This document shows, piece after piece, positions 1-10,287 of a stretch of 64,000 nt of DNA. The stretch lies in assembly GCA_024641335.1 (NCBI GenBank), contig JAHEDG010000005.1, positions 27,779-91,778 on the forward strand, read 5' to 3'. Source of the stretch: Candidatus Zixiibacteriota bacterium (GTDB lineage Bacteria; Zixibacteria; MSB-5A5; UBA10806). The notes under the pieces were generated by a model. It did no database searches. It was not told where the DNA came from and worked only from the letters and a program-made list of their open reading frames with translations. A program made the translations under genes and the position numbers. Numbering within the stretch: position 1 is the stretch's first letter; the number at the start of each line of letters is the position of its first letter.

Positions 1-319
1 CTTCTAACTCTTCTCTTATCTCCCGAAGCATAGCCTTGACTCTGGCCGCTGCCGGGTCGACACCGTTGCCGTTGCCATCTCGTTTGAGAAGATTACGGGC
101 CCCTTCGATTGTGTACCCCTCATCATGGAGGAGCCGTTTTACCTGCATGACCTTCTGAATATCCTTAGGCTGATAGATCCTGTTACCGGCCCTGTTCTTT
201 TTGGGTCTCAAATGACCGAATTCCTTCTCCCAGAAACGCAGAACATAAGGCTCCACGCCGACCATTCCGGCCACCTCCGAGATGGAATAATACATTTTGC
301 CCTGAAATTCCTTGGCCAT
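1..319 (-). CDS. MerR-family HTH transcriptional regulator (3' end runs off the window; missing from the ORF track)
   Basis: Translated by hand from ATG at 319: MAKEFQGKMYYSISEVAGMVGVEPYVLRFWEKEFGHLRPKKNRAGNRIYQPKDIQKV...EGYTIEGAR, the MerR HTH pattern (YxIxEVA..LRxWE..R.Y). Open to the window edge. Confidence 0.9.
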   Translation of the reverse strand, partial: MAKEFQGKMYYSISEVAGMVGVEPYVLRFWEKEFGHLRPKKNRAGNRIYQPKDIQKVMQVKRLLHDEGYTIEGARNLLKRDGNGNGVDPAAARVKAMLREIREELE

Positions 320-320
320 C

Positions 321-1547
321 CTAGCCTTTACCTTTCGGCTTTTTGAGAATATCGGGGTCAATCCTGGTCACCCTGGACTGCAGACCTCCGTCATACAGAA
401 TAATATCGATTTTATCGTCGATTGCAACCTGTTTGAAGCTTTTTACCGTATTTCCTTTTTCGTCGCGGCAATAGGAATACCCCCGTTTCATGATACCTCC
501 GGGAGAAACCATTTCGAGTTTCTCAAAAATCGAATCAGATTCGCGCCTGAACGATTTCATTCCGTGGGAAAGATGGATATTCAACAGGCGGGACGTTTCA
601 TCCAGCCCCTGGGCCCGCTGGACAATAATCTCCAATGGCTTGCGTAATCCGTAACGCCCCTTAACCTCTGTAAGACGGCCGCTTAACCTCTCTATTCTAT
701 CGAATACCGATTCGCTCAGCGAGACAAAATTCTGATTTAACCGAGCAAGCAGCTCGACGCCATCCGGCACAGCTATTTCGGCGGCGGCTGACGGGGTCGG
801 AGCGCGCAGATCAGCGACGAAATCGGATATGGTGAAATCTATCTCATGCCCTACCGCCGATATCACCGGGAGCTTCGAGGCGTACACCGCCCTGGCGACT
901 ATCTCCTCATTGAACGCCCAAAGATCCTCGAGCGATCCTCCGCCCCGACCTATGATAATAAAATCGACCAGATCCAGTTCATTAAATCGGTTTATCGCGT
1001 GAGCGATCCTCTCGGCGGCTCCTTCTCCCTGTACAGGTACCGGCCAGAGAATGATCTCCACCCATGGGGCACGTCTGCGAGTGATATTCAATATATCGCG
1101 GATAGCCGCGCCTGTGGGGGATGTCACCACTCCGATTTTGGCGGGAAAACGTGGGATCGGTCTCTTTCGCTCCTGATTAAACAACCCCTCTTCGGCTAAT
1201 TTTCGCTTCAACTCCTGGAAAGCCAGTTCCAGTTCGCCTATTCCGGCCGGTTGTATGGAGGTAACAACCAGCTGATACTGCCCCGATTTTTCATAGACTG
1301 TTATCTGCCCCGATCCCCTGATCTTCATACCGTCCCGCGGCTCGAAGAAAAGATGCTGGCCGGTCCAGCGCCACATAACGCAGCGGATCTGAGCCCCCTG
1401 GTCCTTCAATGTGAAATACCGATGCCCCGATGAATGATGAATATAATTGGAGATCTCCCCCTCGACCCAGATCTTCGGGAATGATCCTTCGAGAAGAGCC
1501 TTGAGTTCCTTTGTTATCTCCGAGATTGTATAAATCTTATCGGGCAT
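321..1547 (-). CDS. xseA: Exodeoxyribonuclease VII large subunit
   Basis: IWVEGEISN, SGHRYFTLKD, GVVTSPTGAAIRD, RGGGSLEDLWAFNEE, SAVGHEIDFTISDFVADLRAPTPSAAAE. Confidence 0.97.
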   Translation of the reverse strand: MPDKIYTISEITKELKALLEGSFPKIWVEGEISNYIHHSSGHRYFTLKDQGAQIRCVMWRWTGQHLFFEPRDGMKIRGSGQITVYEKSGQYQLVVTSIQPAGIGELELAFQELKRKLAEEGLFNQERKRPIPRFPAKIGVVTSPTGAAIRDILNITRRRAPWVEIILWPVPVQGEGAAERIAHAINRFNELDLVDFIIIGRGGGSLEDLWAFNEEIVARAVYASKLPVISAVGHEIDFTISDFVADLRAPTPSAAAEIAVPDGVELLARLNQNFVSLSESVFDRIERLSGRLTEVKGRYGLRKPLEIIVQRAQGLDETSRLLNIHLSHGMKSFRRESDSIFEKLEMVSPGGIMKRGYSYCRDEKGNTVKSFKQVAIDDKIDIILYDGGLQSRVTRIDPDILKKPKGKG

Positions 1548-1551
1548 AAAA

Positions 1552-2439
1552 TCAGCTGATACCCCGCCTTATCCGGCAGGCTTTGACTGTGTTCTTCAAA
1601 AGAGCGGCGATAGTCATCGGGCCAACTCCACCAGGGACCGGAGTAATGGCTCCGGCAACCTCTTTGACCGAATCGAAATCAACGTCGCCGACAACCCTTT
1701 TCCCTTTCGGATGGGTCGGATCATCGATCTGATTGGTGCCGACATCGACTACAACCGCTCCGGGCTTGATCATATCTCCGGTGAGAAAACGTGCTTTGCC
1801 CATGGCGGCAACGATTATATCGGCCCGCCTGGTATGCGCGGCTATATTTTTGGTGCCAGTATGGCAAACAGTCACCGTAGCGTTAGCTATATTTGATTTG
1901 ACCGAAAGCATGACGGCCAGCGGCCTGCCGACCAAAAGACCCCGTCCCAAAACCACTACTTCCTTGCCTGACGGATTATTGCCTGAGCGGTCTAGAAGCT
2001 CCAGAATACCTAACGGTGTAGCCGGTTCGAAAACCGGTCGTCCGGCTAGTACCAGGCCCTGATTCACCGGATGAAAGCCGTCAACATCCTTTCCCGGATC
2101 TATACGAAATGTTACAGCCGGTTCATCTATCTGACCGGGCAGCGGCGATTGCACCAAGATGCCGTCGATATCATCTCTGTTGTTTAAATCATCAACCAGA
2201 TCGATCATCCGGGCGTGAGTGAAATTATTATCTTTGATTATTACATCTGAAAAAATACCCACCTGCTGGCAGGCCCTGGCTTTCATTTTGACATACAGAG
2301 CAGATGCCGGGTTGCTTCCCACCAATACCGCGGCCAGGCCCGGAACAATCCCTTTGCTTTTCAGTTGATCGATCTCTGCTTTCAGCTCCGCCTTAATCTC
2401 GTCGGAGATCTTTTTGCCGTCGATAATTACCGCGCCCAT
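1552..2439 (-). CDS. folD: Methylenetetrahydrofolate dehydrogenase/cyclohydrolase
   Basis: PGLAAVLVG, KDVDGFHP, ATVTVCH, GDVDF, ITPVPGGVGPMTIA. Confidence 0.97.
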   Translation of the reverse strand: MGAVIIDGKKISDEIKAELKAEIDQLKSKGIVPGLAAVLVGSNPASALYVKMKARACQQVGIFSDVIIKDNNFTHARMIDLVDDLNNRDDIDGILVQSPLPGQIDEPAVTFRIDPGKDVDGFHPVNQGLVLAGRPVFEPATPLGILELLDRSGNNPSGKEVVVLGRGLLVGRPLAVMLSVKSNIANATVTVCHTGTKNIAAHTRRADIIVAAMGKARFLTGDMIKPGAVVVDVGTNQIDDPTHPKGKRVVGDVDFDSVKEVAGAITPVPGGVGPMTIAALLKNTVKACRIRRGIS

Positions 2440-2444
2440 CGGGA

Positions 2445-3260
2445 TCAGCGCCTGTTTCTTGTATATTGATCCTCAACCATCATAGGCCGGAAAATCCGCT
2501 CGATGGAATTTGCCTTTCCGGTTTCAGGATCGATATCGATGACTACGGCTGCCAGACGGATATCATTTTTGGCTACCGTAAACCTGTTGGGCAGGCCGGT
2601 AATCATCCGGTAGAGAGCGTCCTCAACCTCGATCCCGATGACCGAATCGTATGGTCCGGTCATTCCAACGTCGGTTATGAAAGCCGTGCCCCCTGGAAGA
2701 ATTCTCTCGTCGACCGTCTGGACATGGGTATGAGTTCCGACTACAGCCGATACCCTGCCGTCGAGGTATCGTCCCAGGCCCTGTTTTTCAGACGTGGCCT
2801 CGGCATGGAAATCGATAAAAATAACATCGGCCTGATCGCCTATCTCTTCCACAATCCTGTCGGCGGTTTTATAGGGGCAATCGATATTCCACATGAAAAT
2901 CCGCCCCTGCATATTTATCACCGCGACTTTAACCCCGTCTCTGCTTTTATAAATATTGTAACCCAATCCGGGAGCGCCCGACGGGTAGTTGGCCGGCCGA
3001 AGCAGACGGGGCTCGACTTCGAAAAACGAATAGATCTCTTTTTTATCCCAGATATGATTCCCGGTGGTCTGACAATCGACCCCCAAATCAAAAATCGATT
3101 GAGATATCTCTTTGGTCAGGCCGAAACCGGCCGCGGCGTTCTCGGTGTTGACTATAATAAAATCATACCGGATATTATTCTCTTTGCATTCGGCCAAATA
3201 ATGCTCCAGGCAGTCTCTCCCCGGCTTGGCATTGATATCGCCGACAAACAGTAATTTCAC
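2445..3260 (-). CDS. ymdB: YmdB-like metallophosphoesterase (TIGR00282 family), GTG start
   Basis: LFVGDI, NTENAAAG, TTGNHIWD, RPANYP, DFHAEATSEK, GTHTHVQT, TDVGMTG; directly downstream of rny. Confidence 0.93.
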   Translation of the reverse strand: MKLLFVGDINAKPGRDCLEHYLAECKENNIRYDFIIVNTENAAAGFGLTKEISQSIFDLGVDCQTTGNHIWDKKEIYSFFEVEPRLLRPANYPSGAPGLGYNIYKSRDGVKVAVINMQGRIFMWNIDCPYKTADRIVEEIGDQADVIFIDFHAEATSEKQGLGRYLDGRVSAVVGTHTHVQTVDERILPGGTAFITDVGMTGPYDSVIGIEVEDALYRMITGLPNRFTVAKNDIRLAAVVIDIDPETGKANSIERIFRPMMVEDQYTRNRR

Positions 3261-3404
3261 TTTGCCCCCCCGGCAAACAACTCCTTGAAAGATCCATTCA
3301 GCTTAAAAGAAAAGGGTGTTCCGGGAAGAAAAATAAAAATACAGTCCGACCTGGACATGCCCGAAACAACGAAATTTTCTGGGCTGCAAAATTCCGCGAT
3401 TCGG

Positions 3405-4964
3405 TTATCTGGCATAATCAACCGACCTGACTTCTCTGATCACTGTTACTTTGATAGTGCCGGGATATTCCATTTCCGATTCGATTCTTCTGGCGATATC
3501 GCTGGCCAGGGTGGCGGTACCGACATCATCCAGCTGTCCGGATTCTACAATAACTCGAATCTCGCGGCCTGCCTGTATGGCATACGCTTTTCCAACGCCT
3601 TTGAAACCGTCGGCCATCTCCTCGAGCTTCTCAAGCCTCTTGATATACCCTTCGAGCGTTTCCCGCCGGGCGCCCGGCCTTGCTCCGGAGATAGCGTCGG
3701 CCGCCTGCACCAAAACCGCGAACGGTGTCTCCATAGGCACATCCTCGTGATGGCTGGCTATAGCATTAAGGACGATATTGTTCTCATTGAACTTGGAGAC
3801 AAAATCGACACCTAATTCCGTATGGGTTCCCTCGGTTTCGCGATCTATCGCTTTGCCGATATCATGAAGCAATCCGGCTCTCTTGGCCATATTGCCGTCA
3901 AGATCGAGTTCGGCGGCCATGATACCGCAAATGGTGGAAACCTCTTTGGAATGCTGAAGCACATTCTGTCCGTAGCTGGTTCTGAAATGCAATTTCCCCA
4001 GCAATCTTACTATTTCGGGATGAACGCCGTGCACGCCCACGTCAAAACAAGCCTGTTCACCGTTCTCCCTGATTATTACTTCCATCTCTTTTTCTGCCTT
4101 ACCGACCACCTCTTCGATCCTGGAAGGATGAATGCGGCCGTCCACAATCAGCTTCTCGAGGGCCATTCTGGCGACTTCCCTGCGAATCGGATCATAGCCC
4201 GAGAGAATAACCGCTTCAGGGGTGTCATCGACTATCACGTCGATACCCGTAGCGGTCTCGAACGCCCTGATATTCCTTCCCTCTCGACCGATGATTCTGC
4301 CCTTCATTTCGTCTGATGGCAAAGTAACCACCGAGACACATGATTCGGCTGCATGATCCGCGGCGCACCGTTGAATAGCCTGAATGATGATATTCTTGGC
4401 TTCCTTTTCAGCGTTTCGTTCCGCTTCGTCCTTGATTTCCTTGATCATGGCAGCCGCTTCCCGACGGGCCTCGGCCTCGAGATTGGATATCAGCAGTTTT
4501 TTGGCTTCCTCAGAAGTCATTCCGGCGATTTTTTCGAGCTTGATATTCTGCTCGTTGACCAGGCTGTCGAGATCTTTTTCCTTGGTCTCGATTGCTTTTT
4601 CCTTAATCATCAAAGCCTTATCGCGCGACGAGACTTCCTTCTCTTTTTTATCGAGAATATCTACCTTGCGGTTTAAATTCCCTTCCTTGGTAGACAGCAC
4701 CTGCTCGAGCTTGGTAATCTCGAGTCTTTTGGCCTGAGTGTCTTTTTCGAATTTCTGTTTGGCCTTGAACCACTCATCCTTGGCTTCAAGCAAGGCCTCT
4801 TTTTTCTTGATTTCCGCCGATTTCTCGGCTTCGGCGATGATTTTGGCGGCGAAGGCCTCGGCTTTCGTAACCCTTCCCTCTCCCGCTTTACGGGAGATTA
4901 AAAGGCCGATAGTCAAAGCCAATACAAATATTCCGGCCCCAATCACGTAGTAAATCGGTTCCAT
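3405..4964 (-). CDS. rny: Ribonuclease Y
   Basis: N-terminal TM helix, coiled coil, KH domain ([14 protein letters not shown]), HD domain (LLHDIGK), [14 protein letters not shown]. Confidence 0.97.
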   Translation of the reverse strand: MEPIYYVIGAGIFVLALTIGLLISRKAGEGRVTKAEAFAAKIIAEAEKSAEIKKKEALLEAKDEWFKAKQKFEKDTQAKRLEITKLEQVLSTKEGNLNRKVDILDKKEKEVSSRDKALMIKEKAIETKEKDLDSLVNEQNIKLEKIAGMTSEEAKKLLISNLEAEARREAAAMIKEIKDEAERNAEKEAKNIIIQAIQRCAADHAAESCVSVVTLPSDEMKGRIIGREGRNIRAFETATGIDVIVDDTPEAVILSGYDPIRREVARMALEKLIVDGRIHPSRIEEVVGKAEKEMEVIIRENGEQACFDVGVHGVHPEIVRLLGKLHFRTSYGQNVLQHSKEVSTICGIMAAELDLDGNMAKRAGLLHDIGKAIDRETEGTHTELGVDFVSKFNENNIVLNAIASHHEDVPMETPFAVLVQAADAISGARPGARRETLEGYIKRLEKLEEMADGFKGVGKAYAIQAGREIRVIVESGQLDDVGTATLASDIARRIESEMEYPGTIKVTVIREVRSVDYAR

Positions 4965-4998
4965 AGTTCCTCCATCAGGGGCGGACGCTTATATCAAA

Positions 4999-5277
4999 TT
5001 ACAAAATTTCGGAGAGTTTTCGAGTAAGCTCACCAATCCTGTCGTTTGTCTCTATTCCGCCGGTAGAATCCGATCGGGTTTGAAACAACTCGCCGGTGAT
5101 ATTCAGAGCCGCCAATACCGCGATCTTGGCTTCCGGGATGCCAGGGTAGCTTCCCGCTACCTCTCTCATCCTGGTATCAAGATATTCCGCAGCCCTTTTT
5201 ATATTCTCCGGATCGACATCGGAAACAATAGAATAATCTCTCCCGAAAATCGAAACCGTTACTCTAACTTTCTCCAT
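4999..5277 (-). CDS. zapA: Cell division protein ZapA
   Basis: VTVSIFGRDY...AAEYLDTRM...IAVLAALNI; conserved pheT-(zapB)-zapA-rny order. Confidence 0.9.
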   Translation of the reverse strand: MEKVRVTVSIFGRDYSIVSDVDPENIKRAAEYLDTRMREVAGSYPGIPEAKIAVLAALNITGELFQTRSDSTGGIETNDRIGELTRKLSEIL

Positions 5278-5295
5278 TACAGCGCCCGCTATATA

Positions 5296-5577
5296 TTAAG
5301 TCCAGCTGTCCTCCAAAGCGGCCAGTTTTCCAGCCAGTTTCAAAAGCCGCTTTTTTATCTCGCGGCCGTCAAAACCAGGGGGAGGATTATTCTCAACTGC
5401 TGCCGAAATCGAAGGCTCTTTCCTGTGCCTGTCGAACTCCGCACGCAAATCCCCCAACTGTCTGCCCAGAGACTCGTTCATCCTCTCCAGTTTAAGTTTA
5501 TCTTCTCTCAAACAGGCGATCACTTCTATCGCCTTGTTTATTTTATCCTCCAATTCGATTAAACTCCTATTATCCAT
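5296..5577 (-). CDS. Short coiled-coil protein, ZapB-like
   Basis: LEDKINKAIEVIACLREDKLKLERMN heptad pattern; lies between pheT and zapA. Confidence 0.65.
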   Translation of the reverse strand: MDNRSLIELEDKINKAIEVIACLREDKLKLERMNESLGRQLGDLRAEFDRHRKEPSISAAVENNPPPGFDGREIKKRLLKLAGKLAALEDSWT

Positions 5578-5583
5578 ACAGGC

Positions 5584-7965
5584 TTAAGCTCTTAACCTGG
5601 CGCTGAATTTAGTTTCCAGCGATCCGGCTATATTATTATGGGCCTGATCGACTTCGCTGTCGGTCAATGTCCTGTCATTCAGACGGTACTTAATGCCATA
5701 GGCCAGACTCTTCATGCCGGCCGGTATATTCTTGCCGCGGTACATATCGAAAAGCCAAACATCCTCGACCAGCCCCCCGCCGTTCTTTATTATCTCGGAG
5801 AGAATATCATCCGATTTTACTTTCTCGTCCACAACAATGGCGATATCTCTGTTGGCCGACGGAAACCTGGCCAATTCGCCGAACTCCGGATTTTCCGGAA
5901 TCAAAGCGGCTAATTTTTCAAAATCGATTTCAGAGATATAAATATCCCCCTTGATATCGGCAATCGAGCAGGCCTTTTCGGAAAGCCCGCCGAGACACCC
6001 GATCCTGTCCTGACCTGAATATACATCAAAAGAGCGGGAATGATCAAACGCGAAATGAGGGGCCGGCGTAAGTTTCGGTTTTTCTATTCCCAGATAATCG
6101 GCAAGATTCTCCAGTATACCTTTTAACGAGAAGATATCGGCGGCCCGCCGGATACCGTCCCAGAATACCGGGCTTTCATGACCGGTCATAGCGATTATCA
6201 GGTTGGTATTCTGCGATGGCAATTCCCCTTTGACGCCCGGTTGATAAACGTCGCCCAATTCGAACATCAGCAGGTCTTTTTCCCGAAAATTGATATTTCT
6301 CCTGATAATCGGCAGCATAGTCAAAATCAGATTTGGCCGCATCACGGCCATTTCCTCCGAAATAGGATTCATCAGTCTTATAGAATTTTTATCGAGATCG
6401 AACTCCCTGATCAGCCTGGAATCCGCCAGAGTGAGAGGGAAAATCTCTGCTCCCCCGTACCCGACAAGATATGATCTGACCCGGTCGGCTATTATCCGCT
6501 GACGATTTTCGGACGCCCCGAGCATTCCACCGGGACGAAAAGAGGGCGGGATATTATCGTAACCGTAAATTCTGGCCAATTCCTCTATCAGATCGATCTC
6601 CCTGACAAGATCAGGGCGGAAACTCGGCTGCTCAACACTGATATTCCCATCCAATTCGGCTTTCATATCCAAACCTTCGAGAATTCGACGCATTTTCTCA
6701 GCGGAAATTTCCGTGCCTAAAAAGCTGTTTGCCCTGGAAGGGCGAAGCTCGATCGTCACCGGTTCGAACGGCCTGAGATGCGCGTCGACTACCCCTTTGA
6801 GAATCCGACCGCCGGCGATTTCACCGATTAATTTGCAGGCACGGTCATTGGCCCGATCAGCCATATTCTGATCGGCTCCCCGCTCGAATCTGCGGGATGA
6901 TTCGGTGGATAGTCCAAGGGCTTTCGAACCCCTCCTGATAACCACCGGGTCGAAGTACGCGGACTCCAGCAGGATATTCGACGTCTTATCGCCAACCTCG
7001 GATCTGGATCCGCCCATAATACCGGCGATAGCCACCCCGGACAAACCGTCGGTGATCAGCAAATGCCCCTTATTCAACGTCCGCCTGGCATCATCCAGAG
7101 TTATAAAAACCTCGCCGTCTGCCGCCCGTCTGACCACGACCTCCGGTTTGCCGAAAAGGTCATAGTCAAATGCATGGAGCGGATGCCCTAATTCCAGCAT
7201 TACATAGTTGGTGATATCAACCGCGTTGTTGATCGGCCTCATTCCGAGATAATATACGGTCATCTTGAGCCAGAGCGGCGACGGCCCGATATTAACGCCG
7301 CGCACAACGCGGCCTGTGTACCTGGGACAGGCAATAGGATCATCTATGGTGATTTTAACTGCGCCGGATGCCAGCTCTGAAATTTCATTCAGTTCCGTAT
7401 TGGGAAAAACCAGGCGGCCGCCGCCCATGGCCTGAATTTCCCTGGCGATACCCAAATGCGAAAGGCAGTCCGGACGGTTGGGGGTGATTTCCAGCTCGAA
7501 AACCGTATCATTATAATCTACGATGGATGCAAGCGGCGTTCCCGGCTTGATATCCCCGGGCAATACCGTTATCTCATCTCCATTGTCGGAAAACCCGAGT
7601 TCGGCTTCCGAGAGAATCATGCCGTTGGATTCGACCCCATGAATAACCGTCTTCTGCAGAGTCATACCGGGGATAGTCGAACCGGTCGGGGCAAAAAGTA
7701 TTATCTGATCCGCGGCCACGTTAGGGGCGCCGCAGACTGCCTGAATCTTGTCCGAACCATTATGAACAGAACATATACTCAGCTTGTCCGACCCTTTGAT
7801 TTTCTCGGCCGAGAGAACTCTGGCGGCCATTATCCCTGTTATATCGCGTCCCTTATGCTCTATAGCTTCGATCTCACTGCCAGACATGGTCAGCTTCTCG
7901 GCCAGTTGATCCACCGGCCAGTCGAAATCGATCATTTTACGCAAAAGGTTGTAGGAGATCTTCAT
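5584..7965 (-). CDS. pheT: Phenylalanyl-tRNA synthetase beta subunit
   Basis: VCGAPNV, ITPNRPDCLSHLGIARE, PLHAFD, SRRFERG, RPDLVREIDLIEE, C-terminal FDX-ACB domain (RDIA, RTLTDSEV). Confidence 0.98.
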   Translation of the reverse strand: MKISYNLLRKMIDFDWPVDQLAEKLTMSGSEIEAIEHKGRDITGIMAARVLSAEKIKGSDKLSICSVHNGSDKIQAVCGAPNVAADQIILFAPTGSTIPGMTLQKTVIHGVESNGMILSEAELGFSDNGDEITVLPGDIKPGTPLASIVDYNDTVFELEITPNRPDCLSHLGIAREIQAMGGGRLVFPNTELNEISELASGAVKITIDDPIACPRYTGRVVRGVNIGPSPLWLKMTVYYLGMRPINNAVDITNYVMLELGHPLHAFDYDLFGKPEVVVRRAADGEVFITLDDARRTLNKGHLLITDGLSGVAIAGIMGGSRSEVGDKTSNILLESAYFDPVVIRRGSKALGLSTESSRRFERGADQNMADRANDRACKLIGEIAGGRILKGVVDAHLRPFEPVTIELRPSRANSFLGTEISAEKMRRILEGLDMKAELDGNISVEQPSFRPDLVREIDLIEELARIYGYDNIPPSFRPGGMLGASENRQRIIADRVRSYLVGYGGAEIFPLTLADSRLIREFDLDKNSIRLMNPISEEMAVMRPNLILTMLPIIRRNINFREKDLLMFELGDVYQPGVKGELPSQNTNLIIAMTGHESPVFWDGIRRAADIFSLKGILENLADYLGIEKPKLTPAPHFAFDHSRSFDVYSGQDRIGCLGGLSEKACSIADIKGDIYISEIDFEKLAALIPENPEFGELARFPSANRDIAIVVDEKVKSDDILSEIIKNGGGLVEDVWLFDMYRGKNIPAGMKSLAYGIKYRLNDRTLTDSEVDQAHNNIAGSLETKFSARLRA

Positions 7966-8982
7966 CTAAAACTGCCTTAAAAACCTGATATCGTTATCGT
8001 AAAGCAATCTGATATCTCCGATCCTGTATCGGAGCATGGTAATTCTATCCACGCCCATACCGAAAGCATAACCGGTGTAGATCTCAGGATCGTACCCGAC
8101 CGCCTTGAAGACTTCCGGATCGACCATGCCGGCTCCGGATATTTCGAGCCAGCCGTTATATTTGCAAACCCGGCAGCCTTTGCCGCCGCACAAAATACAG
8201 GAGAAATCATACTCGGCCGATGGTTCGGTAAAGGGGAAAAAATGAGGTCTGAAACGAACTTTGATCCTGGGGCCGAACAACTCCTTGGCAAAAGTAATAA
8301 TCGCCCCTTTCATATCTCCGAATGTCACGCCGTTATCAACAAACAAACCCTCGCATTGATAGAATACGGGCGAATGAGATGCGTCAAAAGCGTCCGAACG
8401 GTAGCACCGCCCCGGGGCTATCACTCTTACCGGAGGCTTCTTGCTCTGCATAGTCCGGATCTGGACAGTGGAAGTATGGGTCCGCAGCAAAACTCCTTTT
8501 TCAATATAAAAAGTGTCCGAAAGATCCCTGGCCGGATGATCCTCAGGAGTATTCAGAGCGTCAAAATTATAAAAATCGGTTTCGATATCCGGTCCTGAAG
8601 CTACCGAAAAGCCCATTCCCCGAAAAATTCGGACAATTTCGTCAACGGTCTGTAAAAGAGGATGTTTTCGGCCGACCAGTCTTCTTCGGCCCGGCAGAGA
8701 ATAATCGAACGATTGATCGGCGGCGCCGGAGACGGTTAAATCGTTGAGCCTCTTCTCGGCAGAATCAGTCAATTTGGTTTTTAGTTGATTCAGCCGAGCC
8801 CCGACCTGGGGTCTGGTTTCGGGAGCAACCTGCCCCATCCCCTTAGAAATATCAGCCAGCTTGCCTTTTCGCCCCAAATATGAGACCAAGATCGCGTCAA
8901 CCGCGGCCTTATCGGCGGATTGTCCGAGGGCGGTTATCGCTTCCTGCTCTATTTTATCGAGAAATTTTAATATATCGTCCAT
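7966..8982 (-). CDS. pheS: Phenylalanyl-tRNA synthetase alpha subunit
   Basis: NFDALN, HPARDLSDTFY, LLRTHTS, RPHFFPFTEPS, CxxC-CxxC, GYAFGMGVDR. Confidence 0.98.
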   Translation of the reverse strand: MDDILKFLDKIEQEAITALGQSADKAAVDAILVSYLGRKGKLADISKGMGQVAPETRPQVGARLNQLKTKLTDSAEKRLNDLTVSGAADQSFDYSLPGRRRLVGRKHPLLQTVDEIVRIFRGMGFSVASGPDIETDFYNFDALNTPEDHPARDLSDTFYIEKGVLLRTHTSTVQIRTMQSKKPPVRVIAPGRCYRSDAFDASHSPVFYQCEGLFVDNGVTFGDMKGAIITFAKELFGPRIKVRFRPHFFPFTEPSAEYDFSCILCGGKGCRVCKYNGWLEISGAGMVDPEVFKAVGYDPEIYTGYAFGMGVDRITMLRYRIGDIRLLYDNDIRFLRQF

Positions 8983-9051
8983 AATGGCAAGACGGGCTTT
9001 TGGTTAAAAAGCCCGCCAGAAAATCTATGGGTTAATGCGATCTGTATCGAA

Positions 9052-9402
9052 TCACACGCCCCTGGCCAGCTCTGCCAACCTGGTAAACGCGACAGAATCT
9101 CTGGCGGCGATATCAGCCAGCATTTTCCTGTTTAAAACTACGCCGGCTTTGCCCAAACCGTTGATAAAGGCCGAATATGACATGCCATTCAGCCTGGCGG
9201 CAGCGTTGATTCTAATGATCCATAATCTTCTGAATTCACGTTTTCTGTTACGGCGGTCCCGATAGGCGTAAGTCAGCCCCTTCTGGACTGTCTCCTTCGC
9301 TGTTCTATAAAGATTACCTCTTCCGCCGAAATTACCGCTGGCGGCGTTGAGCACTCTTTTCCGGCGCCTGTGAGCGGTTACGTTATTTGTGGCCCTTGAC
9401 AT
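9052..9402 (-). CDS. rplT: 50S ribosomal protein L20
   Basis: [33 protein letters not shown]. Confidence 0.98.
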   Translation of the reverse strand: MSRATNNVTAHRRRKRVLNAASGNFGGRGNLYRTAKETVQKGLTYAYRDRRNRKREFRRLWIIRINAAARLNGMSYSAFINGLGKAGVVLNRKMLADIAARDSVAFTRLAELARGV

Positions 9403-9430
9403 CTTCTACTCCATTGAATTTTAATCAACT

Positions 9431-9625
9431 CTAATAAGGAATCATCCGGCTGACCCTGTCCATATCGGATTTATGAACCAGAGTGGCCTGACGAAGCTTC
9501 CTTTTGCGTTTAGTCGTTTTTTTTGTTAAGATATGACTGGCATTAGGCTTATGTCTCTTAACCTTTCCCGTTCCAGTCTTCTTAAATCTTTTCGCCGCTG
9601 AGCGATTGGTCTTTATTTTAGGCAT
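9431..9625 (-). CDS. rpmI: 50S ribosomal protein L35
   Basis: [21 protein letters not shown]...HILTKK; SD AAGGAG upstream. Confidence 0.98.
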   Translation of the reverse strand: MPKIKTNRSAAKRFKKTGTGKVKRHKPNASHILTKKTTKRKRKLRQATLVHKSDMDRVSRMIPY

Positions 9626-9645
9626 CAGTTCTCCTTTGGAGCGAC

Positions 9646-9674
9646 AATATATCTAAATCAACCTCGTTAGGCAA
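9646..9674 (-). promoter_or_regulatory. Sigma70-type promoter for rpmI-rplT
   Basis: TTGCCT-N17-TATATT on the minus strand, in the infC-rpmI gap. Confidence 0.6.
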
Positions 9675-9741
9675 CAAAAAAGTATAACGATTTATTAAAC
9701 AATCTCGTTAATAGCCCGATCCGGTCCGGAACTCCCAGCTC

Positions 9742-10260
9742 CTACTTTTTCTTGGCGTTAAACATCAAGGAAAGACTCCGGCCTTCCATCTTAGACTGAT
9801 TCTCAGGTTCGGCCAGATCAGCCAAATCTACTTTCAGCCGTTCGATGATCTGGTAGCCTCTCTCCTTATGCACCATCTCCCGGCCCCGGAAGATCACGAA
9901 AACCTTTACTTTGGAGCCCTGCTCCAGAAATTCCCGGACATGCTTTAGCTTAAACAGATAATCATGTTCCTCGGTCTTCGGCCTGAATCTCATCTCTTTG
10001 AGGTTCACGGTATGCTGTTTTTTCTTGGCGGCTTTGGTTTTCTTGGATTGCTCGTAGAGATACTTACCGTAATCCATAATCCGGCATACGGGAGGCTTGG
10101 CGCCGGCGGCCACCTCCACCAGATCCAATCCCCTGCTTTCCGCTATTTCGAGAGCTTCCCGAATAGGGACAATACCCAACTGCGAGCCGTCGTCGTCAAT
10201 AAGTCTGACTTCCGGGACCCGTATCCGATTGTTAATTCTCGTGCTAGGTTCGCGAACTAT
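9742..10260 (-). CDS. infC: Translation initiation factor IF-3, non-canonical ATA start
   Basis: The frame extends upstream of the ORF-track start through RINNRIRVPEVRLIDDDGSQLG to an ATA at 10258-10260, 6 nt after a GGAGGT SD. IF3 motifs: LDLVEVA, PPVCRIMDYGK, KVKVFVIFRGRE. Confidence 0.95.
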   Translation of the reverse strand: MVREPSTRINNRIRVPEVRLIDDDGSQLGIVPIREALEIAESRGLDLVEVAAGAKPPVCRIMDYGKYLYEQSKKTKAAKKKQHTVNLKEMRFRPKTEEHDYLFKLKHVREFLEQGSKVKVFVIFRGREMVHKERGYQIIERLKVDLADLAEPENQSKMEGRSLSLMFNAKKK

Positions 10261-10287
10261 TACACCACCTCCAGGTAAATTTTCCTG

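Noticed and set aside
4965..4998. 6S RNA, often found downstream of zapA
   Set aside because: The gap is only 34 nt, and the 144-nt rny-ymdB gap shows no long 6S-like rod structure.
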